Below, in pieces: positions 24,521 through 39,825 of a stretch of 64,000 nucleotides of DNA. The first letter of the stretch is position 1. Every line of letters begins with the position of its first letter. The notes under the pieces were generated by a model. The model searched no databases. It worked only from the letters and a program-made list of their open reading frames with translations, and was not told the origin of the DNA. The position numbers were made by a program, and so were the translations under genes. The DNA is from Spongospora subterranea f. sp. subterranea (taxonomy: Eukaryota): contig JAUGWO010000128.1 of the NCBI GenBank assembly GCA_049724395.1, positions 310,001-374,000 on the forward strand, written 5' to 3'.

Positions 24521-26956
24521 ATGAAGTTCGGCAAATCGATTAGGTTCGTATTTTTTTTTCTTCCCCCGGCTGTCGCTGTAATCATACTATCAACAGATTG
24601 GAGGCGAATCTCCCATGGAATACAAAATGGACCGATTATTATTTGAATTACAAGAAATTCAAGCAGATGATCCATCAACTCTCGATGTTCGGTAGGTGCT
24701 ACTGTTGGCATCTTTTTTCAAATTACAGAATCAAGTATAGAGGTTGATCAAGAGGAAAAGGCAAAGGAGCTTCTTCAGGAAAACAAAACGACAATTGTCC
24801 GGAAAATATCTTTAGCTCCATTCGAATCCGAAACAGATAACGACCTGAACGAAAAAAAAGGCGTCGATGGTGTGTATTGAATTGACATCGTTTTCGGATA
24901 TTTAATGGTCATGTATAGATAAGCGGTTTTCAATGGTTCGAAATGCCAGCGAAGTGAAACTGAAGTTTGAGCCAACAGAAGATTTTCGACGGCGCTACTT
25001 TCAGGAACAATTTAGGAGAGAGTTTATCAAAATTGACGTTTTTTGCGCCAATAATCTGGCAAGCATCATGAAGCGTGTCATCAATAAATCTGAACATGGA
25101 GATCCTGAACAAATCCGCAAATCACTGTAACGCCGACATCGTTCTCGTTCGTTTCTTTTCGCTATTTTGTTTATGGATAATTTTGTGTCGCAAAGCTTGT
25201 AGCATGCATCCGGACCTGATTCTATTTCGCAGGCTGTATTGCACGTTGCTTTTAATCCGCCTAGAGCAGTTCATTCTAATGAACTTTTCAGGCCTCGACA
25301 AGATTGTAAAAAAGTTGGTAACTTTGCCACCGAGTTTAACATGATCTCAGTAGTTTTTCAGATACGATAAGATTCTAGGAAAAAACGTTCCACAGGCAGT
25401 TTACAGGTTATTTGACTTGCACCTATTTTACTATAATCTCAAAATATATGGTATCAGGACTTTGTTCTCAGAAACGAGTCCTCGAGTGAATATACAAAAA
25501 CACCGCCATCTTAATGCTCTAGCAGAGATAAGAGCTCTTATTGCTGACGAAATGGTTGTGTTTTGACGTGCTATTGCACTGAAGCTAACTCTGACAGTTT
25601 TTTTAGATTAAATGTGGGCCTTCGTCTACAAAAGAAGAAGATGAAGTGGCTCAAAAAGAATTTGATGAAACTGTTGTTGAAGATGATATTCCTGTAGTAA
25701 TGGCATTAAATGTCGACGCTTTGCCGCCATGTTCTAGTGTGACTCGCATGAAAATAATGCTGGGAACTGATGCCTTAGGGTTCAATATCACGGTACCCGT
25801 TATTGTAGCTAAAGGGGCGTTTCCTGGTCCTATTCTTGGTAAGACGTTTTCTCACCGCAATTTCTTGTGTCTTTATCTAAACTGATGTAGGAATAACATC
25901 AGCACTTCACGGCAACGAGCTGAACGGCATCCCGCTAATCTTTAGGTTGATCCGTGAACTTGAAGTGGAATGTTTGAACGGCACGATCGTTGCAGTCCCT
26001 GTCCTTAATTGTCCTGGATTTTTAATGCATCAAAGATACTTTCATGACGGTCAAGATTTAAATAGGCTGTTTCCTGGCAATCCTAACGGCAATTGCGGCC
26101 AGGTTTACGCCTATAATATTCTTAATTCGATTGTACGGAAGTTCAACTACCACATTGATTTGCACACTGCAAGTTTTGGTCGGATCAATTCCCTTTATGT
26201 TCGGGCTGATATGAACAACCGGATCACACACCAAATGGCGTTGCTGCAGGAGCCTCAAATAATTGTGCATAACACGGCTCCCGATGTAATCCTTCATCTC
26301 CACAGTTGTTTATTCTCGGCGTTTAGTCTTCCCTTAGGGTTCTTTGAGGTCTGCAGCAATGAATCTGAACATCCCCTCCATTACTGTTGAGATTGGCGAC
26401 CCGGTATTCATCGAGTTATTAATTAGTAGTTGTTGCAGCTGTTTTGAGGCCATTTTCGTCCATAGTCCCGCATTCATAGTCGTTTCGTGTCTTCTGCTCT
26501 TCTCGGAGTAGAAAACATCCTCTATTCGCTTCACATGGTGATTCGAGCAGATCGAGATCAAACTTCTGAGGTGACTGCACCAACAGGTATAGGGTTGTCT
26601 ATTCCGAAAACAGCAAGATCGCTTAAACACTGTTTCAGTTTGTGCTAGATCGTTTTGGATTTTCGCCAAGCATGGGGGGTTGCTCACCGTTAGGCCGGAA
26701 ATTAATTCGTGGGTGGAGAAGGGGCAGGTTGTGCAATTAAAACTTGAGATGCACGGCAACGCTGATCACCAGTGTTTAGGTTATAGCCCAGATCCGCAAC
26801 GTATTCGGCGACGTTACTGCTACATATAGGGCCCCGCTGGATGGAATTGTCGTCGGAAAATCAGTCGATCCTGTATGCTCCACGGGAGACAGGTTATTAC
26901 ATCTGGGCATCGTCGAGTCTTCATTTCCGGCTGTCGTAAATGATGGCCATACCTAA
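24521..26956 (+). CDS. SPX domain fused to M14-family succinylglutamate desuccinylase/aspartoacylase-like Zn hydrolase (multi-exon)
   Basis: SPX motifs MKFGKSI|R..KWTDYYLNYKKFKQMI, FQEQFRREFIKIDVF and FILMNFSGLDKIVK|KYDK splice in frame into LHGNELNG, DLNRLFPG, IDLHTASFGRINSLYVRAD, TVEIGDP and a C-terminal RAPLDGIVVG barrel-sandwich segment. Confidence 0.85.
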
Positions 26957-27042
26957 CCAGGTATTTGTCTCATTGTATAAATCTATATTCATAAATCTTT
27001 CTGTACAACGCAACAGTTGATGTCTTATTCGTGAACGCAATA

Positions 27043-28541
27043 TTACATGCTCTTGAGGAACTCTCTTGTGACTATAGGTACGCTTGTAGCTGGTATACAG
27101 CCGACCTCCGTAATAACCATCGTGATTAGGTTAGCTGGGGTAATATCATAAGCTAGATTTAAAACATTGAAACACGGCGAGTTGACACATTCTTGTAATT
27201 TTTCGCACAGTTTCTCTTGCCCATCTCTTGCTAAAAGAGCGTCTGGGTCACAAAGCTCGTTCATTGTTATAGCATCAACTTGGGCATTATCAGAAAACTT
27301 CCTTGTTTCACAACAAACGATGCAGGGGATATGATACGTCTGGGCCATTACAGCGACAACAGCACTCCCAATCCGTCCTTGCAAAGCACCGTTCGCCAGC
27401 ATTGATGTTGCACCCAAGAATACCTTGGTGACCTCTTTCATTGGAAAGGTTATTGACTGAATCATGACATAAGAACATTCCAATAAAGGGCACTCTTTGA
27501 CTAAACGACGAAGCGTTTGACGCCCTTCAAAACTGGGACCACAATCAACAACTATAACTCTGAATGCGATGCCTTTGTTGTGAGCATTTATCAGGATTTC
27601 TTCGATCAAATGGCATCTGTACACAGTGAACAAGTATTCTGAAAATATTTACAGTATTGCTACCTTCCGAAAATTAATAGCACATCGCCTTCCTTGATTT
27701 TGTCCTCCGCCAGTTTGACGATTGCATTGACTGCAAATATAATACGCTCTTCAGAGTAACGCTTGATAAGCTCATATAATTCCTTTTTAGCCTAATAACT
27801 TGTAAGCAAATGAGCGGTACAGTCATTGACAACGCGAAGGTACCTGAATGTTGGAAACCGACGGATCCAATTTAGAAATAGCGGAGCTCATTTCCACAGC
27901 GACATTCCTCATAGCCACTGAGAGAGGTCTTCGGTAGCAAATCAGTAATGAACCATGAACGAAGCTTAAAACGAACCTGATCTTTTCTAAAAATTGCATG
28001 TGCTGCTTCAAAAGGGCTTCAAAATGCCGCGAGAAAGACTTTCCAGCAGGGCATTCATAATCGTTGAGAAGTTTTTTTAAAGAATTCAACAAAGCGACAG
28101 AGCGAGAATTCGATCCTAAGCATGACTTGAATAAATTAAGCTGGAAAATCAGATATATTAAGCCTCACCAGAAATAACAAGTTTTGAAATGGACAATCCC
28201 AACGCGATGAAACTAGGATGGATCAAAGTCTTGGCACCGATCTTGATACCAAGAGTTTGCGAGGACTGTTTGGAAAACGGCGGTAGGTGTGCAAAAAGAC
28301 CTCCACAAGTGGCCAATGGAGAAACAGGCTGACATGCAGGAGGGGCCGTGATTGCGCCAGACGCCTGGGCTGGGCTCGGTTTTGTTTGCGAAACTTTGCG
28401 CTCGGTTTTAGTTGCTTTTGGCTTCGCTTCGTGATCCTGTTTCGTGGCATTATATAGACGCCTCCTTTCCTCTTTGGCAAGGCGCTTAGCCTCAGCAGCG
28501 GCATCGGGAAGCGATTGAGAGCTCATCTTGTCAGTCGACAT
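27043..28541 (-). CDS. EIF2B4: Translation initiation factor eIF2B delta subunit (multi-exon)
   Basis: GLFAHLPPF, IHPSFIALG, RPLSVAMRN, FRVIVVDCGPSFEGR, VTKVFLGATSMLANG, CCETRKFS, YDITPANLITMVITEVGCIPATSVP. Confidence 0.93.
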
Positions 28542-28673
28542 GACTGCGAATTCGCCGTATCAGAAATATTGCGCGAAATATGGCCATCGCCAAACACAGA
28601 TAATAATTGAGCCACGTCAGTCGGCAGGCGCAAAACAATGCAGTTGCATACATAAATTTTATTTGGGTTTGTT

Positions 28674-30412
<1,739 letters not shown>

Positions 30413-30779
30413 GACGCCTATTCCGTTCTGATTGGTCAAAAATGGAGTCAAGTTACAGGGCATCTCCGACCTTTTTCGAACGAGGTGGACATAGGTCAGC
30501 ACAGCGCCCTTCAGGTATAGTTATCTCTTCTTATCCAAAAATGGGGAAAACCGTTAAGCCAATAGAGCGGCCTCCAACTAATCACTCATGGCGGAGGCCG
30601 CATTCGTTGTAGCGAGATCGAGCCTGCAAGGGCCAAGGAGAATGCTAAAACTGCCAGAGACTGGGATATTTTGCCATTTCAAATTACAGAACTTTACGCT
30701 ATATTAATGACATGTGTGAACGCTAGATGATAAAAGAATCTCCAAGTAGCTTATTGTTGATCTATGCACCCATGGCAAA

Positions 30780-32806
30780 TTAAGCAGCGACTCCATATGG
30801 CATTTTGGGTTCAGATGCAAACACTCCCGATTCATCTGTGAAAGAATCTCGTAATGGAGTATACTCGCACATAATGGCATCAACCTAGAAGAATTTGTCA
30901 GAGATTGCTGAGGACGGGGAGTTAATGGGATTGAGCAACCTCTTTGCGCATTTGTAAGCGCAATCGGCGGTTGATCAATAAGAAAATGACGAAAATCAAG
31001 CAAAACCCGACGGTAAATCCGCTGAAGATCACGGATATTGGAATATGGTGCATTGCATCTTGGGCGGTTGCACAATTTGCAGAGTCCAATATTGCAGCGG
31101 CGTCACCAATAGGAAGACAGGTCCCGCAAGCATCAGGAACATGTCCCACGAATGAGCATAACGGAGATGTCAAACACGCGGAAGGCTATGAACGACGGTA
31201 TTCAGCGATTCAGCGCCGTCGTCAAAACCCAGACATGTTACCATAGTTTCATCAGAGAACATCATACAAAGCAAACGCAGCGGTGCACAATGGTGCACCG
31301 ATTCACATTTTAGTTGGCCCTTCATAATCGCGCCATTGATCAAGAGAGCAGGAGAGTAATGCATTTTCTTCAACGATGCGGCCTAAACAAATGATTGAAA
31401 AACGCGGCTGAAATATTGCATGTCCCGAGGACCTGCGCTTCAAATTTGGTGTTCGAAACATCTTTGTCCGATATTCCTCCACTTGCGATCATACAAGACT
31501 TGAAAGGTTCAGAAGCCGGAAGTGTTTTGATCGAACATGCCTCAGAGACGTCATTCTTCAAAAAACAGTTCTGAGACCAAAGACTAGCCAAATGTAAGAG
31601 TGTAGTCAAATGACAAAAAGGAAAACCGACTTATAATACGAAGCCCAAACATCGTGACCTGACGTCTCCAATATGCACATCTGTCGTAATGTCTCAGCAA
31701 TAGCGTCTTTCGATTTAGCACAATATCTGTTGCCATTGGTACAGATACGTTTATCGGAACCAGGAGAATCTGAAGAAATTCAGAAGCCATTGAAGAAAAT
31801 AGCATATTGATATTACCGAACACAAAGTTAACAGTGAAGTTGACGGACTCCTTGAGGGATTGAAGAATCGAAGAGAAAACGTGCATGAACTCAACGGGGG
31901 AATCGTCAAGACGAATGTATAGTTCAATGTTCATTGACTGTGAACATGTGTTAAAAATTAGATGGGATGTCCCATTTTCACGTCACCTGATTCTTGGCAA
32001 TATCTGGTTTAGCTGAACGTAATACGCCATATGCGGTTCCAGTCTGCACTCCCTTGATGACTTTGTCCCCTACAGCCTACGCTATACGGTTACCAACTTG
32101 AAAGAATTACTGAAAGTATAAACTCCAGATAACCTTTTCTACCATAAAAACCGGGATATCAACCGTTTCGCTGAGAATTGAATCTTCTCCGTCGTCAACT
32201 CCTGAAAAATGTGTAAGAGCAATACAGCGTATCACGTCGCTGCAGCAGAAATTACCCATATACACGTCGTCCGTGCTGTCATTGACGATAACTACTGCGC
32301 CAGCACCTGCATCCTGAACATGCCTGGCTTTTTTGACAAAAGAACAGCCTCCGCCTCTTTGAATGATTCCAATAGAACTGATGCAGAGTTTCAAAATCCA
32401 GATATTCGGCCAACCGAGGCATACGTTTGGTCTGGCGACCGATCCTCAGGAAAAATGACGGGCTCGCATGCAAACAAGTCACCGTTTTTGGAACGCATGG
32501 CAATAACCGATCCTTCGAACATTTTTCCATAAAAGAACTACAAGGTCATTGACAACGGCGCAAATGGACTGCAAAGTTGATTACTTGACCAAAGAGAGCC
32601 GGTGTTGCATCAAGTATTCCTTTTTTAGGCAGTTTGCTCACTAAATCCTCCGGTATGGATATTTGAAAGGAATCTTGAGCAGCGACGATTTGGAAGGAGC
32701 ATGCAATAATGACGAACAACGAAAACATGATAGAGAGCGCGTAACGAGTAACGCCAAATAAGTCTCTCTCTGACTCTGTCTCACGGCGTTTCGCGAAAAT
32801 CGACAT
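30780..32806 (-). CDS. Vacuolar sorting receptor-like type I membrane protein (PA domain)
   Basis: Hydrophobic N-terminal signal, RGGGCSFVKKARHVQDAGAGAVVIVN (PA), TM segment, tail RRLRLQMRKE|VDAIMCEYTPL (cf. plant VSR IMAQYMPL). Confidence 0.85.
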
Positions 32807-33544
32807 CGACCAAACCTACGGCAGAAGCCAGGAACCCATTATGTGCAGAAAGTGACACATCGGTCTAGATGTCAGTTAATAGTCGGGTGCATGGAATTTC
32901 TATAGTACAGGCCCAGGAGGATTGACGCGACAGGTTTTGACGAGGTGTCATTGGGACTTGATAGAGAGTTTTATTGTTGGGAAGCGGATACTCTACTTCG
33001 CCCCTTATGAATTGAGCACGCAGACTACAGTGGTTTATGAACGAGAACTCAGACCGAATCTGCGCAAAAGCAGAATTGTCCCTGATGACTATTAAAGACT
33101 GTTTTCAAGAGCTCCATATTCTACTCCTGCCTGTATTTACTTCTATCTGTTTTTGCAAAATTGCCTGATGATTTTTTCGACATTCCACCTTAAGAACACA
33201 CGTAACAACTAGAATGATTTTTCTATAGCGCAACATACATTCGTTTATCAATTGCTCGGGTACAAGTACTCATTTGTCGATGATGTATTGGATGCAATAT
33301 GACTCTATGTTGCTCAATAAACCTACGTCATCAATGGGCCTACAGAAATGAAATACAGACGACCTTGGAAAGGCCCCTTCCCTCCAAAATCCTATAATGA
33401 TAAACATTCGTGATCCGTGATTATGGTAACAGAAAGAGATGAAACGAAACAATGCCGTGCCAATTATGCCACTGATACACGATACACGTTGGGTGTGAAG
33501 CGAAAGAGCACGCTGCAGTTTGTTATCAGTGTTCTTCTACAAGC

Positions 33545-36500
33545 ATGGACACTGCACGATCGCTTGCTGGCCTACAGGAATTAGTCAAGGCCTTGCAGGA
33601 AACCGACTATGGGAACGACTTCGAAGCCATTCTTGAGCAAATCCAAACATGGATACAGGGTAAGAGACATTCTGCATATGCCAAGTCGCGCAGGAGATCT
33701 GGTTATATTGGATTTCATGTGAACGTCTTCAGATCATCATCGGTTGTTTCAAGACGAAGGCATGTCTGGAGTTATTAAAACCTTAATCAAAGAAGCAGCT
33801 GTAGATGTTTTTAATATCACAACAGTAAGAGCCAGTAGAACTATTCTCAATATCAAACCTAAAGGTAATGATGACCGGTTTTTTGACCATTTTGTTAATT
33901 TCTTCTTCAGCGCGCACCATTTCTTGCTTGCTTCTGGCTTTAATTCCTGGCATTGACCAAAGCATATCAGAGGTAGAGCTATTTATTACGATGCACACAT
34001 TTACAGGCAACGCCTGGTTTGAAGTCGAGAGATTTGAAGAAGCGAGTGAGCACCTCCAATCAGCTTGGAAATGTGTACCGTTGCTTTTGCAAAGTTGCGA
34101 AACTACGATGATGGCGTCGTCTCTTGCTTCGGCCAAAGAATTGGTATTCAATGTTGCTTCATTAAGGATGGAAACAGTAAGTGTTCGAACACTGTACATC
34201 ATTTGTCCCATTCAAACATGAAGATGTGGGTGACTGGGCATCATGAAAACGCGTTGGTCATGGCGAAAGAATCTTTGGACTATTTGGAGTCAAAATCAGG
34301 ATATTCTTTCCATTTAAAACTCTACAATAAAGGTGGGCAAAGTATGAAGATTATCAATGTTTAACTACGCGAATAGGTGTCAAACTTTATCGAATGGAGT
34401 TAAATGATGCTGCGATATCTTGGCTTAAATTGGTACCACTTTTTTGTTTAGAAGTATATTGCATTCATGGTTATGCTTTGTAGAGTAGTGCAGCCTTGGA
34501 TTTAGAGATATTACATCCTCAATACGCTACGAAAAAGGCTCGAATTTTTCGGGTACTTTCGGTTATCTACAAAGAAGGAGAAATGTTAGACCTAGCCCTA
34601 CAATCCGTTAATCAATCCCTGGATCTATCAAACGATGACGTAGAAGCATTGTACTTGCGAGTTGACATCCTCATTCGAATGCAGGTAACAAGTGCATAAA
34701 GAAACAGTAAACGACTGTTCACGTTCTCGATAGAAAATCGATTTAGCATCCAATGCGCTTTGCAGCATCATTCAGCATGCAGGATGCGGCCAAAAAATGT
34801 GAGACTGTCATCGTGAGCAGCATTGGAAATTGATTGACTATCAGGGGAATGGCGCTGTGCCACATGTTCAAAGAGGCGGGTTGTACATCGCAGAGCATCA
34901 CTGGGTACGATGAGCTACTACGAAAATTTCCAGAATCTGTGCCAATTCGGTTATCCAAGCTAAGGGGACTAATATCTATTGCCGATATGGACGGTGCTTC
35001 AGTATTAGCTGATCAGTGTATGCTTTTTTGCTGCCTGGGTTTTCTTACTTATCTCAATCATAAATAAGTGCTCTCTGAGCATTTATCTGGAAGAAGAGAA
35101 ATTCCACTGGATGTTCTCGACGACTTTCGAAGAATTCTTAGCGGCCTGGCATTGAACTCCTTTGAGGTAAAACTTGTGTCTTTTTACCCCTCCTTTATTT
35201 GACCCATGTATCGTTTCTTAGACAGGTCTTTATGATGCAGCTTCAAATTGGATATCTAGAAACGAGAGACTGGCAACGGTACACGGAAGCGATGACAAGA
35301 ACGCCTATCTTTGCCGATGCGCATTGTCAATGGTGCATTTTGAAATGAACAACATTGGTAATGTGAACTTAATTCGTTATTGATCATTGGCCATCATCAT
35401 TGACAATCAGTATCGACTTTTCAACAGATGAAGCCCTGCGCTGCACTATTAAAGCAATGTCGCTATATACTCAATCCAGCATCGCAAATTTGTTGGCCGC
35501 TCGATGCTATGTCTCGTTGAACAACCAGAATGAAGGTGCACTCCTTACTGAGCCGTCATATTTCAAAGTTCAAACTGTTTCAGCTATCTCCCATCTTAAG
35601 CAAGCCATCCAAGCTGGGAACCTCGATACATCCTTCATTAGCATCGTTTTACACGAGTCGATAAATGTAAGAATTTAGAATTATTCGTTTCTGTTAGTGA
35701 ATTTGAAGTAGGGAAATATGGTCGACTGTGCCATAATCTGCATTGAAGAATTGGTTGCGTCTGCAAAGAACGTCGATATAAGCCAGGTAGGGTGCACTCA
35801 ATAAGTAGTGTGGATTATGACCGTAAAAAAGATATCGCTGCTGCAATGCGCCTTGCAGTTGTACAATTCTAAAATATTTGGAGATGTCACTCATCGGTAT
35901 CAACAATAAGAACATCGTCATAACATCACTGAAGAAAAAATGCTAGATGCGAAGATCTTCTGTCACTAAAACCGCTTCTGGATCGGGCTTGTGTTCATAT
36001 CCGACTTGCTGCTTCATATCTGAGAGAACACCGGCTTTTATCGGAAAAGCCGCAGCAAGGCGACATAAATCAAATAGAATACCTAACTTCATGGTTCGGC
36101 AAAGCAGCATGGAATCTCGGGTTAGTTCTATATCCATGAAATTTCATGTCAAAAACTCACACAGTTATTAGGTTGAAATGTTCACAGGAAAAGCAATTCT
36201 TAATTTGCCAAGAATTCTTTTTTCAGGCTTTCACACTTTTTCAGGTGCGCATGGATACATTTGTTTGTCTTTGCTCACCAAGGCTACAGGCAATGCCCCG
36301 GGCCACTGAAGGTGATACATTCGTCCGTATCACTCTTTGTCTTTGTATGAGTGCTGGTGTCGCAATCCAACATGCCTGGGAAGCACGAATCTCTAGTGAA
36401 TCCAAGTACGACGTTGAGAACTTGGATCGAATCTTCCGTGAGTTCCGTGCGATCACCAAAATCAGCTCTGGGAGCGATAGCCCATTGATGAACAATGTGT

Positions 36501-37232
36501 TACCGATAATGCATTTGCTGGAATTCCAGCATAAGTTGCTGCAAAACGATCCCCATCTTAGCGTCCACGTTAAAGTAAATAGCAATTTTTGCAAACAATG
36601 CATAGTGAATGGTGTTGGACAGAATTCATTGACCGTTTCTGGCTGGAAAGCAACACTATTTGATGATGTGGCGGCAATATGTTTACAAGCACCATTTCGA
36701 AGAAGAGACAGTAAGAGTTTGCTTTCAACATTTTATGATGGATTCATTTGCCACCCAGTTGCGATTCTAGCAATAAAATTGCGGCTGTCGCAAGAAATCG
36801 GTGAAGGATCGACTACGTCTGTTACTGTCAACATAGAAGAAGTATCCAGATTGTTTCGACAGTTGATTGCTATTTCAGAGACAATCGAGGACCAAGTCGA
36901 CTTTTTCAACGGTGTCATCGATTTGGTATTATCGCGTATACGAGATTCCTTACCTTTATACCCAAAACTGGAGGCATGCTGGCTTATAGCTAGAGCATGG
37001 AATAACGGAGTTGTTCGCTATAGGTGAAACAAAGGCCTCAAACAAGTTGTAAATTTTAATATTCTATAGATCTGGTCGCATGGAAGACGCTGAAACATGG
37101 ATGTCTCGGGCTATTCAGCTGGTAAATTTACTTCCGGAATTAAATTCTTATGCAAACAAGCAGGAAATGGTGAAATCACATTCGCATGTACTTTCGAAGA
37201 TTCAACACAATCAAAAACAGCATTTGCGGTGA
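33545..37232 (+). CDS. ZIP4: Meiotic TPR scaffold ZIP4/SPO22/TEX11 (multi-exon)
   Basis: TPR-like helices; WFGKAAWNLG and C-terminal YPKLEACWLIARAWNNGV...AETWMSRAI match the TEX11/ZIP4 signature. Confidence 0.8.
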
Positions 37233-37379
37233 AATAAACCATATTAATCAAGAGCCACATAGAATGATATTAATTAGTATTGGTTGTTTCCCTCAAGTCC
37301 TTTCTTTTGTTTGTGTGCTCTGCACACGTCTAAACGATATATCAGCAACACAACAGCAATGAGCAGAAAAATTCGTTCA

Positions 37380-38533
37380 TCATCTTTTCCAGAGAATACT
37401 CCAAAAACTTTCTGGGTGTTGGGGTTGCTGCCTTGATGCTTCCAGGTTGTCGTTCGAATGCTCCAGACGCGATCTGATCCAGTCATGATAACCAAAGAAC
37501 GGAACTGGTCTTTCCTCCATATTCATTGCGTCGTATAGCTGTAACCAGAGTAGCGATTATTACACACCTTAAGTGCTCGCACATATATTCTACCTCTTCA
37601 TTCGTCACTGCGAACGCTTGGGAAGCAAGGCCTTTGTCCACCATGTCGAGCTTGCAGGCCATAGCTGTCTGTACGGATTATTAATTCAATGGTCCTCAAC
37701 AGTCAGGAAATACCGACCAAAAAGAAAAACTCTACTAAAACGTTCCCTCCATTGCGATCTTTTCCAATAACGATTGGTTCCGGAAGGCAGTTTCCTTGGA
37801 TTTCGCAAAAAAGGGACGTTGCGCAATTTACGTTTTCAGAAACCTCAACCTTGTTAACGGACATCGAGCGAATAACGTCTTTCAGACGTTCGCTTTCGCA
37901 CTGTAAACTGGCCAACTCGTTTTGAACCTGTAAACTTTCAGATCGAATCGTCGATTTCAAGGCTGATCTGGTTTCTTCCAGGCGTTCGTTGGCTTCGGAA
38001 AGCTGAATTTCAAGTCGCCGTTGCCTTGCAAATGACTTGAGTTCGAGCATAATTCCGGACCTTGACATCGATTCAATTTTAGCTTCCAGATCGAAACAGT
38101 GGGCCCTCATTGCTTCAATGTCTCTGGAATTTTGCTCAGCTTCGGATTTGATCAATTCCGCCTTTTTGGACAATTGCTCTCTTTCACCGGTGAACTTTTC
38201 CTTCAAAGATGTTAGAGCATTCTCAAGGAATTCCACTCTTTGATCATGAGAACTTCTTCTCCCGTGTTGGGGCCTCAGCTGAGTATCTTGTGCATCTGCG
38301 AGTTCTGCCGTCAGCGTCAAAATTTCTTCATCACTCGCGCTAAGCCGTTTGCGGAGATCAAGTATGATCTTATTAGCATAGGCTTCTCGCTCCAGAGCCT
38401 CGTTAAGCGAGACCTGCAGCTGTTCGTTGGCGGAAAGAAGGCTAGCTCCGAGCTCTGCGGCGAGCCTGAGATCTTTGCCCAGCTCGTCAACCGCGACGCC
38501 ATTGCCACGAACCTCGATATCAGCGCGGCCCAT
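37380..38533 (-). CDS. Coiled-coil protein with N-terminal CC1-box-like motif and small C-terminal domain (3 exons)
   Basis: DLRLAAELGASLLSANEQL, long heptad region, splice-joined EFFFL|TAMACKL...|LYDAM...VPFFGYHDWIRSRL; stop at 37380. Confidence 0.6.
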
Positions 38534-38818
38534 ACCTCTGGCCTAGGGAAATATGGTATTTAGGTGAAGGGGTGCGTCTTGGGATACCGGAGGGGTGCCA
38601 CAATCTCTCAAGGGATGGACGACTATGAGGTGCCCGGGGGGCGGCCACAGGGCTCCAAGTAACTATAGGATATTTACAGTGATCTGAATACGACCGGCAA
38701 ACATGGTTAATCGCCGCAAAACATTAACCACACACTGTCATAGCCCGACTACACCGATTATTATATCGACTGTAAAGTAACGATCGACACGGGGAATTTC
38801 CCGAGAAATGGAACAGAT

Positions 38819-39825
38819 TTAAAACTTGAATGACTTTATTGACCCGTTCTTGACGGTCTTTCTGACCGAAGATATCGAGCTGCTATTTGATTGCAATCGG
38901 ATTAGAGATGCATCGATATTGTGGAGCTTGGCCCTGTAATGATCAGCCATATAACGATTGTTTTGGCGATCACTCCGATCGATTGCTGACATGATTCTAG
39001 ATCTTTCCTCTTGGGCGGATGCTATTTTTTGGTTCAGTATTAAGAGGTTTGACTGACATTCTTTTTCCGACAAATCCTGATGCGGCACTTTAGAGGATGA
39101 GATAACGGAGTCCGACAATTTGTGATGACGATTGAGAGTGCTATTCAGGAAATCGAACATATCAGCCGCAGCAGGGGCCGATACTGGAAAAGTAGCAGAT
39201 GTGTTATTTCGTACGATGGGTCGCTTGTAATCGAGTCCTGCCCCTGGTTTGAGCATCTTTATAGGTACAGGCGCAACAATCCCTTGCTCGAACTTTCCTA
39301 TTCCTTTGCCCAGCTGGTATCCGTCTTTAATCAACAGTTTCATGCCAATTCCTCGTGTATGCTTGATCCACGAGCCGAAATCGGGACAAACACTAGTTGC
39401 TTGTGGCACTATCTCAATCATCGAAGGTCTCTCAATCTTTTGCACCTCACTATCGCAATCGACTGATTGTTTGACTTCTTCTGATTTTTCATCCTAAGAG
39501 CTCTAACTGTTACATGATTCAATCACAGTGAATGCCCTTTTATGATGGAGCTCACCATGATATTATCATCATAGACGAAGTTCACTTCATTCAAAAGCTT
39601 TCGTTTACGAAGTTCCAGTGCCTGCTTTTTGAACTGCTCCATTTCTGCGACTACCGATTCTTTCAGTTCCGATAAATCAACATCGTCGGGGCTATGCAGC
39701 AGAAGCTCATCAATTTGTGTTAATTGCTCGTGAAGAACAGATAACGCAGCGGCAATGCGGGTCACATCAGCTTGTTGTTGAGGCGATGGTTCAAGTTTAT
39801 CAACCTGTTGGTGATTTTTTCGCAT
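38819..39825 (-). CDS. G-patch protein, ZGPAT-like
   Basis: N-terminal helical hairpin (QLTQIDELL..DLSELKE..RKRKLL), FGSWIKHTRGIGMKLLIKDGYQLGKGIGKFEQGIVAPV, DMFDFLN, terminal KF. Confidence 0.75.

Noticed and set aside
30567..30601. 9-bp GC stem-loop (gcggcctcc/ggaggccgc) upstream of katanin
   Set aside because: Single short hairpin with no ncRNA hallmarks; intrinsic terminators do not apply here.
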